Source: Candidatus Gastranaerophilales bacterium
GTDB lineage: Bacteria; Cyanobacteriota; Vampirovibrionia; Gastranaerophilales; Gastranaerophilaceae
Direction of reading: 5' to 3'
Length of the DNA stretch: 27,847 bases
Assembly: GCA_045606885.1 (NCBI GenBank)
Contig: JAZUSV010000240.1
Location: forward strand, 1-27,847
The notes beneath the pieces were generated by a model. The model saw only the letters and a list, made by a program, of their open reading frames with translations, did no database searches and was not told where the DNA came from. The position numbers and the translations under genes are program-made. Of the stretch, positions 8,457 to 15,839 are shown one piece after another (within the stretch, counting starts at the first letter, position 1; each line of letters opens with the position of its first letter).

Positions 8457-9680
8457 GTGCTTAATAAGACAATAAATATTTTTGAAAATACCGACTTTAA
8501 CACCTTTGCTTCAGAAATTGGTGGAGCAATTAAAGGTGCTTGCGAAAAATTTTGGGAACAAGACATAAAAATCGCAATACAAGCAGTTAACAGCTTCAGA
8601 GAAATCCGTGACGAAAAACTTATTTCAAATATTGATTTTTTCTCAAGCCAAATTAAAGTAGAAAACCACAAGCCTATTTTAATTAGACTAAGCAAAGAAT
8701 TTATTGAATACATCCTAGATTCTAATCTTAGAAGCTCAAACGCCAAATTTGAATTCACAAAATTAACCCCGCTCGAAGTAAAAATTTTGAATGGTTTTTG
8801 CGAATTTTTATACAAAAGATTAAAAGAAGTGCTAATTTCTCCAAAAGAAGCAAAATTAAGCGAAAAGAGCGAAAAATACGTTAATATTGTATTTATTACA
8901 GAACCTAAAAACGAATTATGCTCAAAAATTATGATATCCATACCCCAAGATAGAATTAATTTAGCGCCACTTAAAAAAACGATATCCTTTAAAGATGAAG
9001 ACTTTTTGACTTCAAAAACAACCGTGAAAATTAAAGCAGGTAGCTCAAAAATTACATTTGATGACCTTCAAAACCTTGCACCTGATGACATTATCGTTTT
9101 AGAAGAAAGTGAATTATCGAAATTAACGCTAATTTCAGGAGATGTTGAACAAAAATTCAACATCAAAATTAATCCATCTTTAATTGTTAATCTTAACAAT
9201 GACGAAGATGACGAAGAAGATATACAAAACACTTATGAAGAGGTAACCATGGGAAAAAATTTGTGGGACGATATACAAATTGAAATAGATGCCGAATTTG
9301 ATAAAGTTAAAATGACAATTGGCGAACTAAAACAAATTACACAAGGTCAAATCATAGATTTGGGCTCAATTTTCGACAATGAAATTTCACTATATGTTGA
9401 AGATAGAAAAGTTGCCAAAGGCGAATTGATTATTATAAACGATAGATATGCCGTTAGATTAAACGAAGTGTTAAACTCCAATAGTCAAAGTGCGCCAATT
9501 AACGCAAAAGTTAACGTTGCAGCGCAACCGCAACCTAAACCTCAGGCTGCCACACAAGCAAAACCACAGGCACCTCAAACAAAACCACAGGCACCTCAGG
9601 CAAAACCAACACCAGCCAAAGTGCAACCAAAAGCACAAAATGATACAGAAGAATTTGACTATTCAGACTTTGAAAAATAA
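8457..9680 (+). CDS. FliM/FliN-family C-ring protein: degenerate FliM middle domain + SPOA1 + FliN-like SPOA2 (SctQ-like architecture) + low-complexity tail
   Basis: LTPLE (FliM LTxIE); SPOA1 (TTVKIKAGSSKITFDDLQNLAPDDIIVL); SPOA2 (LWDDIQIEIDAEFDKVKMTIGELKQITQGQIIDL...VAKGELIIINDRYAVRL); first gene before fliO-P-Q-R. Confidence 0.85.
   Translation: MLNKTINIFENTDFNTFASEIGGAIKGACEKFWEQDIKIAIQAVNSFREIRDEKLISNIDFFSSQIKVENHKPILIRLSKEFIEYILDSNLRSSNAKFEFTKLTPLEVKILNGFCEFLYKRLKEVLISPKEAKLSEKSEKYVNIVFITEPKNELCSKIMISIPQDRINLAPLKKTISFKDEDFLTSKTTVKIKAGSSKITFDDLQNLAPDDIIVLEESELSKLTLISGDVEQKFNIKINPSLIVNLNNDEDDEEDIQNTYEEVTMGKNLWDDIQIEIDAEFDKVKMTIGELKQITQGQIIDLGSIFDNEISLYVEDRKVAKGELIIINDRYAVRLNEVLNSNSQSAPINAKVNVAAQPQPKPQAATQAKPQAPQTKPQAPQAKPTPAKVQPKAQNDTEEFDYSDFEK
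9240..9251 (+). promoter_or_regulatory. Putative internal translation start (GAGGT-AACC-ATG, Met265) for a separate 143-aa FliN-like product
   Basis: In-frame ATG at 9249 directly before SPOA2, preceded by the SD-like GAGGT at 9240-9244. Confidence 0.6.
9559..9608 (+). repeat. 21-bp tandem repeat (~2.4 copies) encoding (A/T)KPQAPQ
   Basis: CAAAACCACAGGCACCTCA starts at 9559 and 9580; a partial copy starts at 9601. Confidence 0.85.
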
Positions 9681-9694
9681 GGAACCATTTTAAA

Positions 9695-10240
9695 ATGATG
9701 ACATACGTTACAGCTTTTATTTTCTACACTCTTGCGATGATTGGCATTATGCTAATCGGATTTGTTGTGTATAAAAAAACATACGAAAATGCAAAAGGTG
9801 ACAATAAAGGCTTAATTAAAATAATTGATAGCACCCCAATCGGCAACAAAAAAATGCTTCTTGTAGTGAAAATAAAAAATGAAAAATTTTTAATTGCCTC
9901 AGGAGTTGAGCACACAACATTTTTATCAAAACTAGAAGACGACAATACAAGCGAAAAAGCGGAATTTAGCAAAGAAATAACCAAAGAAGAAGTACAAAGA
10001 AGTGTTCTTGATGAAATCTATGAACAAAATTTTGCACCAACAAAAAAAGAGGTGCGTTTTGATGACCCTCAAAAAGTAAGAGCAGCAAAAATTCAAAAAC
10101 AATTCAAAGAATTATACGAAAAAGACGAAGAACCTCAAATTAAAACAAACAAAGAGGCTAACAATCGCAAAGAAGTAATGAAACAACTGCTTAAAAAATT
10201 AAATTCTGAATCGAATATCAAAAACGGGAGCAATTTTTAA
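9695..10240 (+). CDS. fliO: FliO-like export gate chaperone with charged C-terminal extension
   Basis: N-terminal TM helix, then IKIIDSTPIGNKKMLLVVKIKNEKFLIASGVEHTTFLSKLE (FliO beta domain); sits directly before fliP with a 1-nt overlap. Confidence 0.8.
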   Translation: MMTYVTAFIFYTLAMIGIMLIGFVVYKKTYENAKGDNKGLIKIIDSTPIGNKKMLLVVKIKNEKFLIASGVEHTTFLSKLEDDNTSEKAEFSKEITKEEVQRSVLDEIYEQNFAPTKKEVRFDDPQKVRAAKIQKQFKELYEKDEEPQIKTNKEANNRKEVMKQLLKKLNSESNIKNGSNF

Positions 10241-10881
10241 TGGATAGTTTATTAAAAGACATAAACCCTGTTTTCCAGCTATTAATTACAATGGCGGCAT
10301 TTTCGCTATTGCCATTTATTTTTGTTTCAATGACCCCATTTTTAAGATTTACCGTTGTTTTTTCAATGCTAAAAACCGCAATGGGAACAAATTCTGTTCC
10401 ACCAGCAATAACCTTAATTGGCTTATCTTTAATTTTGACAATTTACACAATGTCTCCAACTTTTGACAACATGTATAAGGCATATCAAGTGCCATATCAA
10501 AAAAATAAAAATGTCGTAGAGGCACTAAACGCAAGCTCTAAACCTCTAAAAGAATATATGCTGAAACAAACACGTCAATCAGATTTAGCGTTTTTTGTTG
10601 AAAAAACAAGGCGTGTCGCTCCTAAAACACCAGATGAGTTAACGCTATGGGAAGTTGCACCTGCATATATTATTTCTGAACTTAAAACAGCTTTTGAAAT
10701 CGGTTTTATAATATATGTGCCGTTTATTGTTTTAGACCTTGTGGTCGCAAACATATTGCTAGCACTCGGTATGTTTATGTTATCTCCTCAAATCGTTTCA
10801 ACTCCGTTTAAACTTTTAATATTTATCGCAGTTGACGGATGGAGCTTAATTGTAAAAGGACTTGTGGAGAGTTTTAATTAA
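10240..10881 (+). CDS. fliP: Type III export gate subunit FliP/SctR
   Basis: LLPFIFVSMTPFLRFTVVFSMLKTAMG, VPP, PAYIISELKTAFEIGF, PFKLLIFIAVDGWSLI. Confidence 0.95.
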   Translation: MDSLLKDINPVFQLLITMAAFSLLPFIFVSMTPFLRFTVVFSMLKTAMGTNSVPPAITLIGLSLILTIYTMSPTFDNMYKAYQVPYQKNKNVVEALNASSKPLKEYMLKQTRQSDLAFFVEKTRRVAPKTPDELTLWEVAPAYIISELKTAFEIGFIIYVPFIVLDLVVANILLALGMFMLSPQIVSTPFKLLIFIAVDGWSLIVKGLVESFN

Positions 10882-11378
10882 TGGAAGCTTTAGTAGAATT
10901 TTTAGGAAAAGGATTTATGGTAATGCTATCAGTTAGCTTACCTTGTGTTCTAATGGCGGCTCTTGTTGGTTTAATTGTTGGTATTTTACAAGCAGTTACC
11001 CAAGTTCAAGAACAAACAATCGCAGCAGCACCTAAAATTATTCTTGTATTCCTTACAATAGTCGTTTTAGGCGGTTATTTTATCAAAATTCTAACAAATT
11101 ATATTTACGAAGGAACAAACCTTGCTTTTAATATAATTCCTAAAAAAGAAGATTACGTTCTTCCGCCTAATTATTACAAATATACTCGTCCGTTTAGCGC
11201 CGAAATGCAAGATAAAATTAAAAATGACAGCTCTTTAAACAAAGCGCTTTTAAACAACGGCAACATCTCTTGGGATAAAAAAGCAACAAAAAGACAAATT
11301 TACATCAACTCTAAACAAACACCAACAGTTGAACCTAATTTCATTGAAAGAATTAAAATTCAACAAAACAGCAAATAG
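10881..11378 (+). CDS. fliQ: Export gate subunit FliQ with ~78-aa C-terminal extension
   Basis: GLIVGILQAVTQVQEQTIAAAPKI signature; 165 aa versus ~89 aa for canonical FliQ. Confidence 0.92.
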   Translation: MEALVEFLGKGFMVMLSVSLPCVLMAALVGLIVGILQAVTQVQEQTIAAAPKIILVFLTIVVLGGYFIKILTNYIYEGTNLAFNIIPKKEDYVLPPNYYKYTRPFSAEMQDKIKNDSSLNKALLNNGNISWDKKATKRQIYINSKQTPTVEPNFIERIKIQQNSK

Positions 11379-11387
11379 GAAATAATA

Positions 11388-12167
11388 TTGGACGAAATTT
11401 TAAAACAGTTTGCTCTTTATTTTCCGGAACTAAACAATGCTTTGGGTGCCGGCATTATGGTGTTTTTAAGACTCGTTGGAATGATGAGATTAGCTCCTGT
11501 TTTATCTAAAAGCGAAATTCCTGCAATGGTAAGATTATCTTTTGCGCTAATTTGTACAGTAATTTTAGTTGGAGTAATTAAGCCCCAGCCACCTGGTCCC
11601 GACACACCAATTTTTATGTGCATGTTTTTAAATTTTATTTTTGGTGCAATCATAGGTTACGTTGCAAACTGCATTTTAGCAGCGATACTTGCTGGCGGAG
11701 ATATGATTAACACGCAAATGGGTATGTCTTCAGCAATGATAATGGACCCAAGCACAAAAAGCCAAGTAAGTATTATGGCAAACTTTTTTTCAGTCTTGAC
11801 TCTATTAATTTTTATTTATTCTGGTGGTGTATATTGGCTATTTAATGCACTTATTAAAAGCTTTGAACTATTTCCTATGTATAGCGTTAATTTCCATTTT
11901 GAAAACATTGTTAATGTCGAATATTTAAGCAAAATTACAGGAAACATTTTATTCACAGGCTTACACATTGCAGGTCCAATTTTGCTTGCAACCTTAGCTC
12001 AAGATATCATTTTAGGGATTATTTCAAAAACAGCACCACAAGTTAACGTATTTTCTTTAAGCTTCTTATTTAAACCTGTAATGGGTGCTTTTATTTTGAT
12101 TGTAATTTTGCCAATGCTAATCAATGTAATAACAGATTATTTAACATCACATGCTAGCATATTTTAA
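11388..12167 (+). CDS. fliR: Export gate subunit FliR
   Basis: FLRLVGMMRLAP, AGGDMINTQMG, ISKTAPQVNVFSLSFLFK; multi-TM; TTG start with AGGA RBS. Confidence 0.95.
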   Translation: MDEILKQFALYFPELNNALGAGIMVFLRLVGMMRLAPVLSKSEIPAMVRLSFALICTVILVGVIKPQPPGPDTPIFMCMFLNFIFGAIIGYVANCILAAILAGGDMINTQMGMSSAMIMDPSTKSQVSIMANFFSVLTLLIFIYSGGVYWLFNALIKSFELFPMYSVNFHFENIVNVEYLSKITGNILFTGLHIAGPILLATLAQDIILGIISKTAPQVNVFSLSFLFKPVMGAFILIVILPMLINVITDYLTSHASIF

Positions 12168-12874
12168 ATTTTAATTTCTTTTTTTATTCTTTTTGGCTTG
12201 TCTGGTTTTGGTTTCATGCATGTCCAAAGAACATTTTTAATGTATGGTGCAATTAAAATAATTAAAATGCTGAAAATAATGTCGTATAAAATATTGCCAA
12301 GACTAATTTCAGTCAAAATTGGAATTACCAAACCAAAGCTGATAACTCTAAATATCGCAAGTAAAATACAGTACAAAAATCCACAAATATGAATTGCTAA
12401 AACACCAAAAACAGCGGCAAGTATTCTATATTTGAAATTTTGAGAAATATTTAAAATATATCCTGCAATTGCAATTGCAAATATAAAACCAAGCATATAG
12501 CCAAATAAATAGTTTTGAAGATAATCAAATCCACCGCCAAAAACAAAAATCGGCCAAATAAAAAAGCCTACTATCATATAACAAGCAAACATCAACGTAG
12601 AATAGCTTTTACCTAAAATATATATGATAAATATCATTGCCGGCAACAATGGGCTGTATGAAACAATTTTTGTAAAACTTACAAATCCTTCCCCTGGCAA
12701 CAATTTAGACCAAGGATGAGAAAAGTTTATTTGTGTAAAAGTTGCTACAATTAAAATTAAAAAGCACAAACCGCACACCACAAGAGTGCCGATTGTTAAT
12801 GGTGTACGCTCACCTTTATGAATATATTGTTGAAAAATATCCTTATAACGTTTGTTTATCATAAACTCTCTCAA
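12164..12874 (-). CDS. bioY: BioY-family ECF S-component (divergent)
   Basis: YMIVGFFIWPIFVFGGGFDYLQNYLFGYMLGF matches BioY YLxxGxxxLPVFAxGGGxxYxxxPTxGYLxGF; ~6 TM helices. The start may be ATG 12862. Confidence 0.75.
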   Translation of the reverse strand: MREFMINKRYKDIFQQYIHKGERTPLTIGTLVVCGLCFLILIVATFTQINFSHPWSKLLPGEGFVSFTKIVSYSPLLPAMIFIIYILGKSYSTLMFACYMIVGFFIWPIFVFGGGFDYLQNYLFGYMLGFIFAIAIAGYILNISQNFKYRILAAVFGVLAIHICGFLYCILLAIFRVISFGLVIPILTEISLGNILYDIIFSILIILIAPYIKNVLWTCMKPKPDKPKRIKKEIKI

Positions 12875-12902
12875 TAACTTAATTGTATCACCACAATAAT
12901 CT

Positions 12903-13406
12903 TTATACGAGGGATTTGTTTAATTCATTATATAAATCTTTATATTTTTTATCAAAAATGTTTTCACTCCACATAATGAGAGCATCTTCGTTGTTATCTT
13001 GATAATATTTTTTTCTAACACCCAAAGATTTAAAACCAAATTTTTCATACAAATGAATAGCTTTTTCGTTAGACACCCTAACTTCAAGAGTAATGTATTT
13101 AATTTTTTCCCTATAACATTCATCAATTGAAGCTAAAAGCAATCTATGCGCTAATTTTTTGTTTTGATAATCAGGATGAACAGACAAATTTGTGACATGA
13201 GCTTCGTCCACAATTTTCCAAATTCCCATGTATCCAACACATTTTTTATCAGAATTTAGCACACAACGATATGTTGAAATTTTGTTTGATAATTCCGTTA
13301 AAAAAGATTCTCTTGACCAATGGTGCGCACCGTAACACATTTCTTCTATTTGAAGAATGTCATCGATATCATCATGGGTCATTTCTCGAATTGTAAAATT
13401 GCTCAT
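12903..13406 (-). CDS. rimI: Ribosomal-protein-alanine N-acetyltransferase
   Basis: HVTNLSVHPDYQNKKLA, ITLEVRVSNEKAIHLYEKFGF, RKKYYQDNNEDALIM. ATG 13406 preferred; the ORF track starts at 13445. Confidence 0.93.
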   Translation of the reverse strand: MSNFTIREMTHDDIDDILQIEEMCYGAHHWSRESFLTELSNKISTYRCVLNSDKKCVGYMGIWKIVDEAHVTNLSVHPDYQNKKLAHRLLLASIDECYREKIKYITLEVRVSNEKAIHLYEKFGFKSLGVRKKYYQDNNEDALIMWSENIFDKKYKDLYNELNKSLV

Positions 13407-13421
13407 GGTTTTATAGTAGCA
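13404..13421 (-). promoter_or_regulatory. Extended -10 (TGcTACTAT) 6 nt before the rimI ATG; leaderless-type
   Basis: The minus strand reads TGCTACTAT-AAAACC-ATG. Confidence 0.55.
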
Positions 13422-13451
13422 TATCAATTTTTTAATAAAATACATTTTTTA

Positions 13452-13488
13452 CAATAAAAAATGCCACCCTATAAAAGAGTGGCATTTT
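13452..13488 (-). terminator. Intrinsic terminator after speD
   Basis: Minus-strand stem AAAATGCCACTCT / AGGGTGGCATTTT (one G-U pair) followed by a U-rich tail. Confidence 0.85.
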
Positions 13489-13503
13489 CAAATTTTATTT
13501 TTC

Positions 13504-13953
13504 TTAAAAACTTTCTGCAATTAAGAAAGATTTTTGTTCAACTTGGTCTGCATCCATCAAACCACGATTTAATTGCGTATATTTTGCGCCTCTAGAATTA
13601 AATTTTCTTTTTAAGAATTCGTATGAAACCTTTGGATCGCATTGCTCACCGCAAGTAAATAAATCTACTGCGGCATATCCAAACTCAGGCCATGTATGAA
13701 TTGCCAAATGACTTTCTGAAATGATTACAACACCTGAAACACCGTGTGGAGCAAATAAATGGAAACATTTATTAACGATTGTAGCGCCACATTCAAGAGC
13801 TGCGTCTAACATATATTTTTCTACTAATGCCGGATTATTTAAAACGTTTGGGTCACAATCAAAAAATTCTGCTAATATGTGACGTCCTAAGTATGCTTGT
13901 TGTTGTGTTTCGGTAGCTTTTTCAGTCATTCCGATAGGTGTCATTACTGCCAA
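13504..13953 (-). CDS. speD: S-adenosylmethionine decarboxylase proenzyme (class 1B, SpeD/SpeH)
   Basis: GRHILAEFFDCD and GVSGVVIISE|SHLAIHTWPEFGYAAVDLFTCG (pyruvoyl-forming ESH site); TTG start with AAGGGGG RBS. Confidence 0.93.
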   Translation of the reverse strand: MAVMTPIGMTEKATETQQQAYLGRHILAEFFDCDPNVLNNPALVEKYMLDAALECGATIVNKCFHLFAPHGVSGVVIISESHLAIHTWPEFGYAAVDLFTCGEQCDPKVSYEFLKRKFNSRGAKYTQLNRGLMDADQVEQKSFLIAESF

Positions 13954-14128
13954 TTCATATTCCCCCTTATGGTTTACTATTACATTTGTTGCAAGAACAA
14001 ATATACACTATAACAAAAAAACATGCAACATGAAAACTTGACTATTTTTACATAAAATTTTAACAAATTTTAATATGATTTCAATTTAGCCTTCTGTTCT
14101 TATTTTTTGAGTGCTAGAATAATTTTAT

Positions 14129-14926
14129 ATGATTAAAGATGTGCAAAATGAAAAAGATTTGAGAAATATTCCAATTCAAAAAGTTGGCGTAAAAGATGTT
14201 GAAATTCCACTAAGAATTGAAAGAAAAACTCAAAACAACAAACCAGAGCTTGAAACGGTTTATGCTAAAGCTAAAATGTCTGTGAGCTTACCTTGCGAAT
14301 ACAAAGGAACTCACATGTCTCGTTTTATTGAAATTTTGCACGATTGCCAAAAAGAAACCCTTGTTTCAACCGATGTTGAGCAAGTTCTTTGCAGTATGAA
14401 AAAAAAATTAGATGCAAAAAGCGCATATTTAAAATTCAGCTTTAAATATTTTCTCAAAAAACAAGCGCCTGTATCTAAATTAAAATCTTTAATGTGTTAC
14501 GATTGCGCTTTTGAAGGCGAAATCGACGAAAATAACGACTATAAATTTTATCTTATTACACATGTTCCAATCACAACTCTTTGTCCTTGTTCTAAAGAAA
14601 TTTCACAATACGGAGCACACAACCAAAGAGCATTATTAAAAATCAAAGTTAGTTATGATAATGACAAACATATTTGGCTTGAAGATTTAATTCAAATGGC
14701 GGAAAATTGCGCTAGTTGCGAAATTTATCCTCTTTTAAAAAGAGAAGATGAAAAATTTGTCACAGAAACGGCGTATCAAAATCCTAAATTTGTGGAAGAT
14801 GTTATTAGGGACATTGTTTCAAAATTAAATTCAAACGAAATAATAAATTTCTACGAAGTTGAAGTTGAAGCCTTTGAATCAATCCACGCTCACAATGCTT
14901 GGGCATATCAAAAATGTGCAAAATAA
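14129..14926 (+). CDS. folE2: GTP cyclohydrolase IB (FolE2)
   Basis: KGTHMSRFIE, TTLCPCSKEIS, GAHNQR, NPKFVEDVIR, ESIHAHNA. Confidence 0.95.
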   Translation: MIKDVQNEKDLRNIPIQKVGVKDVEIPLRIERKTQNNKPELETVYAKAKMSVSLPCEYKGTHMSRFIEILHDCQKETLVSTDVEQVLCSMKKKLDAKSAYLKFSFKYFLKKQAPVSKLKSLMCYDCAFEGEIDENNDYKFYLITHVPITTLCPCSKEISQYGAHNQRALLKIKVSYDNDKHIWLEDLIQMAENCASCEIYPLLKREDEKFVTETAYQNPKFVEDVIRDIVSKLNSNEIINFYEVEVEAFESIHAHNAWAYQKCAK

Positions 14927-14940
14927 GATAAAATAGATGT

Positions 14941-15837
14941 ATGATTGAAATTAAAAATATAGTTTTTACCTCTAACGGTCTAAATTTTATAAAATACTTA
15001 AGGTGTTTTATAAATCATCTTTTGCCTTTAAGAATTAAATTTGCAAACGAAAGTTTTGTGGCACTTGTTGATAATAAAAACACAGCACTAATTACTCTTG
15101 ATAAAGATTCAAAAAGCCACACTCGTTTTAAAATTACAAAATTAATATTAGAAGAACACTCTGCTTCTGTTGCAGTTCAATTGGTTAACTATGTTATTTC
15201 AAAATACGGAGCTCAAGGGGCAAATTCCTTCTATGTTGTGGTAGATGAGCGCCAAGCAGACTTACTAAATATTTTTAAAAACGAAATGAGCTTCAGAGCT
15301 TGCGGATATGAATATTTGTATAAAATTAATTCTATAAACACAACACAACAAATATTTTTAAGTCCATTCAAAAAAGAACGAGTTAACGAAATTTGCAATT
15401 TTTATAATGAAAATATTAATTCATTCAACAAAGTTTTATTTTCAAGACAAAATTATCAATTTTCAAACGGCTTTGAAAAATATGTTTTTTATAATGATGA
15501 TGAAACAAAAATTTTAGGTTATTTTGAAGTAGCAACTAAAAACAATTGCGATTATTACATCAATTTTTCAATAGATTTTGCCTACAATATCTACATCATA
15601 GACGCAATAAAATTTATCTATTTAAAACTAAAACATAAGCAAAAAAACTTCAACCTATACATCAAAGTTAAAGATTATTTCATGAATTCCAAAGAATTAT
15701 TGGCGATTTTAAAAGAAAACAACATTGAATTTACTTCAAAAAGCCAAATTTTAGCAAAAGATTACTATCGAGAAGTTAAAGAAAATAATCTTTTCAAAAA
15801 TGCAAAAATTATCTTCAACGACCCAACAACTGCTTAA
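14941..15837 (+). CDS. Hypothetical protein, possible degenerate tandem GNAT-like fold
   Basis: 298-aa ORF co-oriented 14 nt after folE2; alternating beta/alpha pattern and a ...LLNIFKNEMSFRACG segment reminiscent of GNAT motif B. The family call is weak. Confidence 0.55.
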   Translation: MIEIKNIVFTSNGLNFIKYLRCFINHLLPLRIKFANESFVALVDNKNTALITLDKDSKSHTRFKITKLILEEHSASVAVQLVNYVISKYGAQGANSFYVVVDERQADLLNIFKNEMSFRACGYEYLYKINSINTTQQIFLSPFKKERVNEICNFYNENINSFNKVLFSRQNYQFSNGFEKYVFYNDDETKILGYFEVATKNNCDYYINFSIDFAYNIYIIDAIKFIYLKLKHKQKNFNLYIKVKDYFMNSKELLAILKENNIEFTSKSQILAKDYYREVKENNLFKNAKIIFNDPTTA

Positions 15838-15839
15838 AA

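Noticed and set aside
7143-8457. Single operon linking the Na+ pump (oadGAB) to the export-gate cassette
   Set aside because: A strong intrinsic terminator (8339-8374) and a separate promoter lie between them; adjacency alone does not show functional coupling.
8396-8941. 181-aa antisense ORF over the FliM/N gene
   Set aside because: It lies opposite a well-supported gene, has the F/S/L/I-rich composition typical of AT-rich shadow frames, and shows no family motif.
13954-14128. Riboswitch (SAM or preQ1/folate-related) in the speD-folE2 intergenic region
   Set aside because: Both predicted leaders are too short (~45 nt and ~0-2 nt), and I could not recognise any aptamer consensus.
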